Positions 32,293-40,949 of a stretch of DNA of 64,000 nucleotides are shown here, in pieces; the stretch's first letter is position 1, and every line of letters begins with the position of its first letter. The stretch lies in assembly GCA_963813715.1 (NCBI GenBank), contig CAWFAK010000005.1, positions 192,001-256,000 on the forward strand, in the 5' to 3' direction. Position numbers and translations under genes: made by a program. The DNA is from an uncultured Planctomycetaceae bacterium. GTDB taxonomy: Bacteria; Planctomycetota; Planctomycetia; Planctomycetales; Planctomycetaceae. A model generated the notes under the pieces. The model was not told the DNA's origin. It saw only the letters and a list, made by a program, of their open reading frames with translations, and did not search any database.

Positions 32293-34533
32293 CTATTCCT
32301 CCGCGACCACGATGCCGCTCAGCGTCGTCACATCCTGCCGGATCAAGTGCGAGAGCCAGAACAGACACGGCAGTCCCAGCAGGCCGACGATGCTGAAGAT
32401 GGCCATCGACTTTTCTGCGCTGGCTGGCAGCACGTCGTCGTTGATCAGGCTGTCGGCCACCAGTGCGGCGATCGCCAAGAGCGGCCCCAAGGCGGCCACC
32501 ACGAGGTAGACGGAATTGCGGCGTTGCGTTTTCCGCAAGAGGGGCGCGTCGGCCGCGGCCTGGTCGAAGTCGGCCAACAGGAAGACCGGGTACAGCGAGC
32601 GCAGCGAGAACAGCGTCACCACGAAAAACGGATAGGACGCCGCCACCAGTCCGCACAACAGCAGCGAAAAGAAGAAGCGGAGCATCGCCGAGGTGGGCAG
32701 TTGGGCGTTGACCAGTCGCAGGCTGATCGGATACGCGCAGGCGGCGATCCCCCATTCCACGAGGCTCACGAGCGCCACCAGCCAACCCAGCTCTAAACAG
32801 CGGCGGCGCAGCCGGCGGCTGCGCTCGGGATCCAATTGCCCCGCTTGGCACTGTTTCAAACCGCGGTAGACCGAGAAGCCCAGAAACCAGAACAGCATGG
32901 CTCCGACAGGATAGGCCACACCGTTGATCGCAGTCTGAGTGCGCTCGAAGAGGGGCCACATCGGTCCGAGTTTCGACACGATTTCGGACGAATTGTGAAC
33001 ATAATTAAACACGCCGGCAAGCACGTTCGGCAGGCCGGCCGCCACGAACACGATCAGCACGGCGTATTTTCGCAGCCGGACGCGCAGGCCTTTGCGCGGC
33101 GGGAACAACAGCTCGCACGCCTTGGGGTTGGTGCACAGATCGAGGCGACGGGCCATCTCGAGGCCGCTCGACCAGCGCTGGTTGCGATCGAAGGCCAGCG
33201 TCGTTTCCAAGAGCGGCGGCAAACCTTCGGGACATCCGGGCAACTCGGCGAGCGGGCCCGTGTCGAGCGGCCCGCGGCGCCGCTCCACCATTTGGTCCAA
33301 CGTGGCCGACCAATCTCCCTCGACGGCTTCGTCGCGGAACGGCCGAAATCCCGTCAACAGCTCCCACAACACGATGCCCAGCGAATACAAATCGCTGCGT
33401 CGATCGAGCTCCTGGGCCCGGTGCGCGCCGCTCGGCTTGCAGGCTTCGAGCTGCTCGGGCGACATGTAAGCCAGGCTGCCGCCGAAATACGCTTCGGGAG
33501 TGGCGCCGGTGACCGCGCCGCTATAACTCACGTTGAAGTCGGCCAGCTTGGGGGAGCCTTCGGGCGTGACCAGAATGTTGGCCGGCTTGATGTCGCGATG
33601 CAGCACGTCGAGCCGATGGGCATAGTCGAGCGCACGGGCGATCTTCGCCCCCAGTCGGCAGACCGCTTCGGGCCAGGTCGCGGCCCCCATCCAAGTCCGC
33701 AGCGACGATTCGCTCGGCCGCGATTCGCCCCGCCGCGCGAGCGCTTCGTCGATCGCCTGCAAGAGGAGTCCGCCCGTCCGCTTTTCGGGGGGCGTCTGCC
33801 GGACGCGCTGGACCACCGCCTGCAGCGTGCCGCCGGCGATGTACTCCATGTAGAGCAGTCGCAGCTTGCGGTCGGCGACCGCCCGCTGGTCGAACACGCG
33901 GACGATGTGATCGTGATCGAGCTGGGCCAGCGTTTGCGGCTCGGTGCTGGTGTCGGTCGCCACCTTGAGGGCGACGAGCCGCTGCATCGACCGCTGCCGG
34001 GCGAGAAAGACCTTGGCGAAGGCCCCGCTGCCCAACTCGACGAGCAGGTCGAAGTCGTCGATCGTGTCGCCCGGTTGGACGCCGGCCAGTTTTCGCGCGT
34101 GGTTGTTCTTGTGGAACGACGTGGTTTCGTACGGCTTGAGCCCCAGGATCGAAGCCAGCTCAACCGTTTGCCCGGGGAATTCGCGCAGGTAGTCCTCGGC
34201 CGAAACGTTCTGGCCGCTCTGTTTGCGGATGTGGAACTCTTCGTAGATCAGGTCGCAGGGAACGTGGCCGGCCTGCAGCTCGGCAAATTCCGCGACGTAT
34301 TCGGGGAGCCGTTTCGGGCAGCCGCGGCTGAGCCAGCGGTACTCGAGGTCGACCTTGATCAGCTCGATCAGCGTGAGCCGACGAATCTCACCCGCCTGCG
34401 GGAGATGGGGATTGAGGTCGGGCGGCGTGGGCGAGGCTTCCCAGGCGGCGACGAACGCGTCGAGAAAGCTGGCGAGCACGTCCATCGACTGGCGCGCCTG
34501 ATCCAGCGCCATGCTGCCATCTGTTTTCGACAC
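32293..34533 (-). CDS. Ser/Thr protein kinase with a C-terminal multi-TM domain
   Basis: LGSGAFAKV, VALK, HRDIKPAN, LADFN, YMSPEQ; several hydrophobic helices at the C-terminus. Confidence 0.92.
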   Translation of the reverse strand: MSKTDGSMALDQARQSMDVLASFLDAFVAAWEASPTPPDLNPHLPQAGEIRRLTLIELIKVDLEYRWLSRGCPKRLPEYVAEFAELQAGHVPCDLIYEEFHIRKQSGQNVSAEDYLREFPGQTVELASILGLKPYETTSFHKNNHARKLAGVQPGDTIDDFDLLVELGSGAFAKVFLARQRSMQRLVALKVATDTSTEPQTLAQLDHDHIVRVFDQRAVADRKLRLLYMEYIAGGTLQAVVQRVRQTPPEKRTGGLLLQAIDEALARRGESRPSESSLRTWMGAATWPEAVCRLGAKIARALDYAHRLDVLHRDIKPANILVTPEGSPKLADFNVSYSGAVTGATPEAYFGGSLAYMSPEQLEACKPSGAHRAQELDRRSDLYSLGIVLWELLTGFRPFRDEAVEGDWSATLDQMVERRRGPLDTGPLAELPGCPEGLPPLLETTLAFDRNQRWSSGLEMARRLDLCTNPKACELLFPPRKGLRVRLRKYAVLIVFVAAGLPNVLAGVFNYVHNSSEIVSKLGPMWPLFERTQTAINGVAYPVGAMLFWFLGFSVYRGLKQCQAGQLDPERSRRLRRRCLELGWLVALVSLVEWGIAACAYPISLRLVNAQLPTSAMLRFFFSLLLCGLVAASYPFFVVTLFSLRSLYPVFLLADFDQAAADAPLLRKTQRRNSVYLVVAALGPLLAIAALVADSLINDDVLPASAEKSMAIFSIVGLLGLPCLFWLSHLIRQDVTTLSGIVVAEE

Positions 34534-34565
34534 GCCAGCCTCGGTCGTGTATCACGCTGCCCGCA

Positions 34566-34640
34566 GTAGGAATCTCAACCGTATGAATCTCAACTGTATG
34601 AATCTCAACTGCGGGAATCTCGACGGTGTGCATCTCGAAC
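34566..34640. repeat. Five 15-bp tandem units
   Basis: gtaggaatctcaacc / gtatgaatctcaact x2 / gcgggaatctcgacg / gtgtgcatctcgaac. Confidence 0.85.
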
Positions 34641-34716
34641 GCGGTGTGAATCGTTCGGGGCGTTTATTCTAGCAACGTCCGTCGGGGCGAGAGAATGCGG
34701 GCCAATTTCCTGGAAG

Positions 34717-34779
34717 ATCCCGCGCTCACGCTTCGGGTTAGTAAATTCTCCGGACCAACCCGAAGCGTCAGGGAGGGAT
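34717..34779. repeat. Inverted REP pair (aacccgaagcgt[c/g]ag..[a/c]ggga family)
   Basis: atcccgcgctcacgcttcgggtt and aacccgaagcgtcagggagggat; relatives at about 55285 and 57257. Confidence 0.75.
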
Positions 34780-34908
34780 CCGCGATCGCGCCGGAAATTC
34801 CCGGACGCTTTTTGGACAGCTCTCGCCGCGTAATCTTCTCGACCCAGCGGGACGTTGCCACTATGCTGGGGCAGCTTCCGAGACTTTGGTCGAACCCAAG
34901 AGGTCGTG

Positions 34909-35589
34909 ATGGACGAGGTTGCCGCCCAGTTCGCCGCGAGGATCCGCGACAAGGATCCGCAGGCCCTCGTGGAGTTCATCGAGCTGCGCAAGCCGCAGTT
35001 GCTGGCGTTCATCGAACGCAATCTGAGCGCATCGCTCGGGCGCAAGCTCGAAGGGACCGACATCCTACAGGAAGTGAGCCTGAGCGCCGTCGGCTCGTTG
35101 CCCACGTTCGAGCTGGGCGATCGCGATCCCTTTTCGTGGCTCTGCCAGCTGGCCGAGCACAAGATCATCGACGCGCATCGCAAGCTGGTCGCCGCCCAGA
35201 AGCGCTCCGCCGATCGCGAGCAGCAGTCGCCGGCCTCCAGCACGGAAACTCAGCGGGGCGGCTTCATCGACATGCTCGTGGTCAGCATGACGACGCCCAG
35301 CGGGGCTCTTTCACGCGACCAACGGGAGTTCCGCCTGCAGGAGGCGCTCAAGAACCTGCCGCAGGAATCGCAAGACGCACTGCGGCTGCGTTATGTCGAA
35401 GGGCTGCCGTCGAAGGAGATCGCCAGCCGCCTCAACAAGACCGACGGCGCCACGCGCGTGCTTCTAACGCGGTCGCTGGCCCGGCTGCAGGAACTGCTGC
35501 GGCACGACAGCGAGTTTGCCAGCTTCATCAATCCGCCCCGCATGCCGTCTGGGTTCGATTCGCCGAGCGGGCCCGACGACGCGGACTAA
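34909..35589 (+). CDS. ECF sigma-70 factor
   Basis: DILQEV...FSWLCQLAEHKIID (sigma2) and LP...LRLRYVEGLPSKEIA.RL (sigma4). Confidence 0.9.
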   Translation: MDEVAAQFAARIRDKDPQALVEFIELRKPQLLAFIERNLSASLGRKLEGTDILQEVSLSAVGSLPTFELGDRDPFSWLCQLAEHKIIDAHRKLVAAQKRSADREQQSPASSTETQRGGFIDMLVVSMTTPSGALSRDQREFRLQEALKNLPQESQDALRLRYVEGLPSKEIASRLNKTDGATRVLLTRSLARLQELLRHDSEFASFINPPRMPSGFDSPSGPDDAD

Positions 35590-35989
35590 AAAAGCGGAAT
35601 AAAAAACAACGGCCGGGAGATCAATGATCCCCCGGCCGCGTTCGGCCGGCTGCCCCTCCGGCCAACCCACTTGTTAACGAGCGGCGACAGCTCGCGGGCC
35701 ATTCCCTGGGCCACGCTCGGAGCTCTGTTTTGTTCGCGTCGTCCATTTCTCTCAGCGAGGAACCCGCGGACTTGTTACAGGGGAGAAATCTGCCGCTAGG
35801 GCCAAACGAGTCGAAGAGGAATGACCCGGGCGAGCGTAACTCGTGAAGCCGCCAGACCATGGGAACAGCCGAACAATGGAAGCCGTGCGCCCGAATTGGT
35901 ACCCTCAGCGATCGAATGAGCCCGGTGCCGGAAGATTGTCGTTCCGGCGGGGCTCACTTTGCGGACGGTTGCCTACTTTGAGGTGCTGC

Positions 35990-37275
35990 ATGAAAGTCGC
36001 GCGGTTTCTGGCGGCGGCAAGCGGTCTGGTGCTCTCGTTGCCGGCAGTGCAGGCGGCCGATTGGCCGCAATGGCGCGGCCCGGAACGCAACGGCATTTCG
36101 CAGGAGAAAGGCTTGCTGTCCGAATGGCCCAAAGAGGGACCGCGGCTCAACTGGCAGGTGAAAGATCTGGGCGACGGCTACTCGACTCCGTCGATCGTCG
36201 GCGACCACATCTACCTGATCGCCAACAAGGGGATTCAAGACGAAAATGCCCTCGCGCTGAGCGCGAATGACGGCCGCGTGATCTGGACGCAGCGGCTGGG
36301 CAAAGTCGGCCCCAACACGAAACAAATGCCCTACCCCGGCGCCCGCTCCACGCCGACTGCCGACGGTGACCGGCTCTATGCCCTGGGATCCGATGGTGAC
36401 CTGGTTTGCCTCGATGCAAAGACCGGCCAGATCCACTGGCAGAAGAGTCTCCGCAAAGACTTTGGCGGCGCGCCCGGCATGTGGGCCTACTCCGAGTCTC
36501 CGCTGATCGACGGCGACGTGCTCGTCTGCACTCCCGGCGGCAAGACGGCCACGATCGTGGCGCTCGACAAGACTTCGGGAAAGACGATCTGGAAGTCGCC
36601 GTTGCCGGAGGCCGATCAGGCGGCCTACGCGTCGGTCATCGTGGTCACGGTCGGGGGCATCAAGCAGTACGTGCAGTTCCTGCAGAAGGGACTGGCCGGC
36701 GTCGACGCGTCGACCGGCAAATTGCTGTGGCGCTACGACAAGACGTCGAAAAGCCCGGCCAACATTCCGACCGCAGTCGCCTATCAGAACTACATCTATA
36801 GCGCCTCCGGCCGCGGCGGTTGCGGCGTGGTCGAGCTCAAGGCCAAGGATCACGAGGTCGAAGCCGAGCCGGTCTACTTCAACATGAAGCTTCCCAATGC
36901 CATCGGCGGCTCGGTCGAAGTCGGCGGCTTTCTGTACGGAACGTCCACGGGCGGCCTGCAGTGCGTGGACTTCATCACGGGCACGCAGAAATGGCAAAAC
37001 CACGGGATCGGCGTTGGCTCGGTCTGCTACGCCGACGGTCGGCTCTACTTGCACGGCGAAGAAAGGGAGACGTCGCGCTCGTCGAATGCTCGTCGGACGG
37101 TTACCACGAGAAGGGACGCTTCTCACCGCCGAACCCGCCGGAGAAGCGCAAGGGGAAGGCCTGGGCTTATCCCTCGATCGCCAACGGCACGCTCTACATC
37201 TACGACTTCGGCACGCTCTGGTCGTACAACGTGAAGAACAGCGCGGCCGCGGTCGAGACACGGGTGCTGCGCTAA
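35990..37275 (+). CDS. PQQ-like beta-propeller (BamB-like) protein (frameshift near 37068)
   Basis: ADWPQWRGPERNG start, repeated LD..TG...W blades, WAYPSIANGTLY in the next frame. Confidence 0.88.
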
Positions 37276-37340
37276 GCGAGCTCCAGTACTGCGCGGTCGC
37301 GCAGTGAGCGCTCACGTGCAGCGTGTCGAATTGAAGCACC

Positions 37341-37410
37341 CGCCGGCTCACACCGGCGGCTCGCCAATGTCATCCGCCCGGCGAGCGTCGGGCGTGAGCC
37401 CGATGGTGCT
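37341..37410. repeat. Inverted REP-like pair (ggcgagc..cgg..t[g/c]agcc family)
   Basis: cccggcgagcgtcgggcgtgagcccgatggtgct recurs almost exactly at about 57216-57249. Confidence 0.65.
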
Positions 37411-37446
37411 TGATCCCTGTCATCTTTTGCGCGGTCGATAAAAGCG

Positions 37447-38085
37447 ATGGCCCGAGTAACGCGGATCCTCCTCGCAAAACTGCTGCTGCTCGCGGCGTTC
37501 ACGTCAGCCGTCCGCGCGGACGATGCCGCCGACCTGGTCTCCAAGGGCATGCAGAAGTTCCGCGACAATGACGTCGCCGGGGCGCTAACCGACTTCGATC
37601 GCGCGGCAAAGGTCGACCCGCAGTCGGCGCCGCAGCTTTGGCAGCGGGGCATTGCCGACTATTACGCGGGAAAATTCCGCGACGGTCGTAAGCAGTTCGA
37701 GCTGCACCAGACGGTCAATCCGCACGACGTCGAGAACGCGGCCTGGCATTTTCTCTGCGTGGCCCGCACGGACGGCCTGGCGGCGGCCAAGAAATCGCTG
37801 CTGAAAATCGACACGACCCGCGATACCCGGCCGCCCATGGCCGAAATTTACGAACTGTATGCCGGCCGCGGTTCGCCCGAAGCCGTGCTCCGCGCCGCCG
37901 CGCAGGCCGCCACGCCGCAAGCGTCGATGTACGCGAACCTCTACTTGGGCCTGTATTACGAAGCGGCCGGCGACGCGGATCGGGCGCGAGCCTGCCTGCG
38001 CAAGGCGGCCGCCGCCGACACTCCCGACAACTTCATGCAGGACGTGGCGAAGGTTCATCTGCGCCAGCGTCATTGGGACCGTTGA
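37447..38085 (+). CDS. Exported TPR protein (NlpI-like)
   Basis: Signal peptide; LWQRGIADYYAG, NPHDVENAAW, YANLYLGLYYE. Confidence 0.8.
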   Translation: MARVTRILLAKLLLLAAFTSAVRADDAADLVSKGMQKFRDNDVAGALTDFDRAAKVDPQSAPQLWQRGIADYYAGKFRDGRKQFELHQTVNPHDVENAAWHFLCVARTDGLAAAKKSLLKIDTTRDTRPPMAEIYELYAGRGSPEAVLRAAAQAATPQASMYANLYLGLYYEAAGDADRARACLRKAAAADTPDNFMQDVAKVHLRQRHWDR

Positions 38086-38204
38086 CTCCCGCCGCGCCGC
38101 ATCGCGCGCCACGAGCGGGGGTCGAATTCCCGCCTTGCCGCTGGTAAAGTCTCAAGCAGCGAAGCGATGCGCCACTCGACTCTGGAGGAGAGCGCGAACT
38201 CGCC

Positions 38205-38862
38205 ATGAGCCGATCGTTCTTTCTGGTTCGCTGGGGCTTGCTGCTGGTGCTGGCGGCGACGGCTGTCGGACTCCGCGCAGCCGCCGCGAGCGGACGCGCT
38301 CGGTCCGCTGCGCGCCCAGTTGCTGGTCGAGCTGCAATTCGTGCGGAAAATCTGTGCCCCGTCGAAGCCGCAGATGCAGGCGATCACGAAAGATCTGGAG
38401 AAATGCCTCGCGGACGCCGCCAAGAGGACGGGGCCGTCTTCGTGCGACTTGCTTCCGCCGGCACTGGCCGACAGCGTGGCGAATCATTTGTCGAAATCAG
38501 ACGCCGCCCGCTATCGCGCCGAGGTGCTCAAACGCGATGCGCAGGAGCGCGAGGCCTGCGTCTACACCTTCGTCACACTGGTCGATCCGGACTTGGGCTT
38601 ATCCGACCACCAGCGGAAGGCGCTGGTGGCCGCGCTGCTCCCCGTGTGGAAGCCCGTCTGGTCCCAGATGATCGAAATGGACGTTCGCTGGGCAACCCGC
38701 CGCGTTCCGCCGATTCCCGACGACTTTATCCTGCCGCTCTTGAATGCTGACCAGGCCCAGGCGTGGAAACGATTGCCCAAGAACCTCGAGACTCGGCAGG
38801 CTTTCGACGCCCAACGGATCGGCGCGATCGGCACGCCTAATCCGCTACCCGACGACGAATAG
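38205..38862 (+). CDS. Hypothetical exported helical protein (frameshift near 38300)
   Basis: Signal peptide in the 38205 frame, body in the 38320 frame (LGLSDHQRKAL, LLNADQAQAW). Confidence 0.55.
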
Positions 38863-38869
38863 GAACGAC

Positions 38870-39820
38870 ATGCTCTGGTCGATCGGACGATTCGGTTTGC
38901 GGGCTGTCGCCGCGGCGATCGTCGGGTTCTCCCTCGCAGGCGCGGCCCCTCCGCCCGCGGACGACGATTTAGTGGACGAGTCAGCGAAAAAGGCCGCGGT
39001 AGAAGAACTCGTCATCAATCCGAATGGCATTAATGGGATTGTCGACGTCGCCGCCAGCATCGATCAGGCGGTGTTTGGAACTGAGGGGGCCCAGAACCAT
39101 TCGCCGCAAGAGCGGCTGGAGCTGCGGCTGCAAAAGAGAGTCGACCTCCTGGCCCGCGATGCCGTACTTTCGGAGGATCAAAAGCAGAAGCTGCTGTTCG
39201 CCGGAAAGGGGGACATCGGGCGATTCGTCGAGCGAGTCGAACATTTCAAAACTCGCCGTCAAACCGCCAAGGCCGACGTCAACCGCTTCGATTGGGATCA
39301 GCTCTTCAAAGAGACTCAGCCCTTGGTCGCCGCGCGGGTCAGCCTCTTCGCGAACGAGTCGCTGTTCGCCAAGACGCTGGCGAAAGTGCTGACCGCCGAG
39401 CAACTGGCCCGCTATGAGAAAATCGAGCGCGAGCGTGCCGAGTTTCAGCACCGCACCGGCGTGCAGCTCACCGTTTTGCGGATGTCGACCGCCCTCGGGC
39501 TGAGCGGTGATCAGCGGCAACGATTGGAGCAACTCTTGCTCACAGAGACGCGCCCGGGCCGCGGTGCCAATCGAATTTATCCAACGACCAGTTTCAATAT
39601 CGTTTATGTCCAAATGGCTCACCTGCCCGCCGAGCGGCTGAGACCGCTGTTCGAGCCTTGGCAGTGGCGGGCCCTCAAACGCAAACTCGAAAACGCTGTG
39701 CGGTTTGAGGAGGGCCTGGTGCGCAACGGAGTCGTACTCGACGGCGGAAAAGGCCCGCAGTTCGGCCGGCGTGGCCAAAAACAAGAGCCCGCCTCCGGTC
39801 TCGGAGCGACCACCAAATAG
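38870..39820 (+). CDS. Hypothetical exported helical protein
   Basis: AGGA RBS, signal peptide, repeated LS.DQ...L and LTAEQ motifs. Confidence 0.7.
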   Translation: MLWSIGRFGLRAVAAAIVGFSLAGAAPPPADDDLVDESAKKAAVEELVINPNGINGIVDVAASIDQAVFGTEGAQNHSPQERLELRLQKRVDLLARDAVLSEDQKQKLLFAGKGDIGRFVERVEHFKTRRQTAKADVNRFDWDQLFKETQPLVAARVSLFANESLFAKTLAKVLTAEQLARYEKIERERAEFQHRTGVQLTVLRMSTALGLSGDQRQRLEQLLLTETRPGRGANRIYPTTSFNIVYVQMAHLPAERLRPLFEPWQWRALKRKLENAVRFEEGLVRNGVVLDGGKGPQFGRRGQKQEPASGLGATTK

Positions 39821-39975
39821 CCATTCCGCCGCGCTCGTCGGATCACCGCGGCGTCTGGCTTCTCTCGTTCTGCACGGCTTGGTAAAACCGCCGATATGTC
39901 CGGCGAGGTTTTTTACCGCGACCGCCCGTGATTCGCCGTGAGGATGGAACCGTTGACGTCTGAGGCAAGCCCCCG

Positions 39976-40782
39976 GTGAATGAGACGCCGGCTGAACCAT
40001 TCCCCGGGCCGTTGACCGAGCTGCCCCTGCAGCGGGTCGACGTTTGGATCGTTTCGCTGGGCGAGACGGGGCTGTCGCCCGATCCGGCCGATTGGCTCTC
40101 GGCCGACGAACGCGCCCGGGCCGCGCGATATGCCTTCGAGCGCGATCGGCGGCGTTACAGTCTGGGTCGCGGCGCGTTGCGGGGCATCCTCGCCACGTAT
40201 TTACGCTGCGACCGGAACGAGATCGTGTTTGCCTACGGCGAAACGGGCAAGCCGCGCTTGGCCGGAGCGGACGCGGCGTCCGGTTTGCAATTCAACGCCT
40301 CCGGATCGGCCGACACGGCCGTGTGCGCGGTGACTTATGGCCGCCGCGTCGGCATCGACATCGAACAGCTGCGCGTCGAATGCGATCCGGACCTCGTGCA
40401 ATACGCGCTGACCGATGGCGAGCGTGCCGAGTTCCGCCGCATTCCGCTCGACCAGCAGGCGACGACCTTTTATCGCGTGTGGACCCGCAAAGAAGCCTTT
40501 CTCAAGGCGACCGGCTGCGGACTGTCGCGGCCGCTGACCTCGTTCGCGGTCAGCGTTGCGCCCGACAAACCCCCGCGCCTTGTGCACGACGAGTGGGCCA
40601 GTGAGTCGCGAACCGACGAACGGACTCCCCGCTCCAGCAACAGCGAGCGTGTGACCTGGTCGACTTATGACGAGCAGGCGACGTGGTCGTTTGCCGACTT
40701 CGATCCCGCAGCCGGCCTCGTGGGGACGCTCGTCCACTCGGGCGAACCGCGGCCTGTGCGAACGCTCGAGTGGCACGGCTGA
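39976..40782 (+). CDS. Sfp-type 4'-phosphopantetheinyl transferase
   Basis: LSADERARA, GKP, FNAS, VGIDIE, FYRVWTRKEAFLKATG.GL. Confidence 0.9.
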   Translation: MNETPAEPFPGPLTELPLQRVDVWIVSLGETGLSPDPADWLSADERARAARYAFERDRRRYSLGRGALRGILATYLRCDRNEIVFAYGETGKPRLAGADAASGLQFNASGSADTAVCAVTYGRRVGIDIEQLRVECDPDLVQYALTDGERAEFRRIPLDQQATTFYRVWTRKEAFLKATGCGLSRPLTSFAVSVAPDKPPRLVHDEWASESRTDERTPRSSNSERVTWSTYDEQATWSFADFDPAAGLVGTLVHSGEPRPVRTLEWHG

Positions 40783-40828
40783 GCGGGGCACGCAGCGCTC
40801 CGGCCGTCCGGACACTTCGTCAGACTGT

Positions 40829-40940
40829 CCGGCAATTCGGGTGCCACGGCTGAGACGCTTCGGCTCAGCCGTGCGCTTTCCAGCGGCTGATGAAGGTTGC
40901 TGAACCGTCAAGAGCACGGTGTTGAGCAAGCTCAACCGTG
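40829..40940. repeat. REPIN-like dispersed repeat, copy 2 (inverted relative to 32102)
   Basis: gggtgccacggctgagacgcttcggctcagccgtg...gttgagcaagctcaaccgtg, between convergent genes. Confidence 0.8.
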
Positions 40941-40949
40941 AGGCGCGCG

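Noticed and set aside
34566..34640. Possible CRISPR array (also 62345-62404 and the heptamer tracts)
   Set aside because: The units are contiguous, 7-17 bp long, have no unique spacers, and no cas genes are present.
39976..40782. Biosynthetic gene cluster around the PPTase
   Set aside because: No carrier protein, PKS or NRPS gene is in the window.
32102..40940. Composite or invertible element bounded by the two inverted REPIN copies
   Set aside because: The enclosed genes look like ordinary chromosomal genes, there is no recombinase or target duplication, and dispersed copies explain the pattern.
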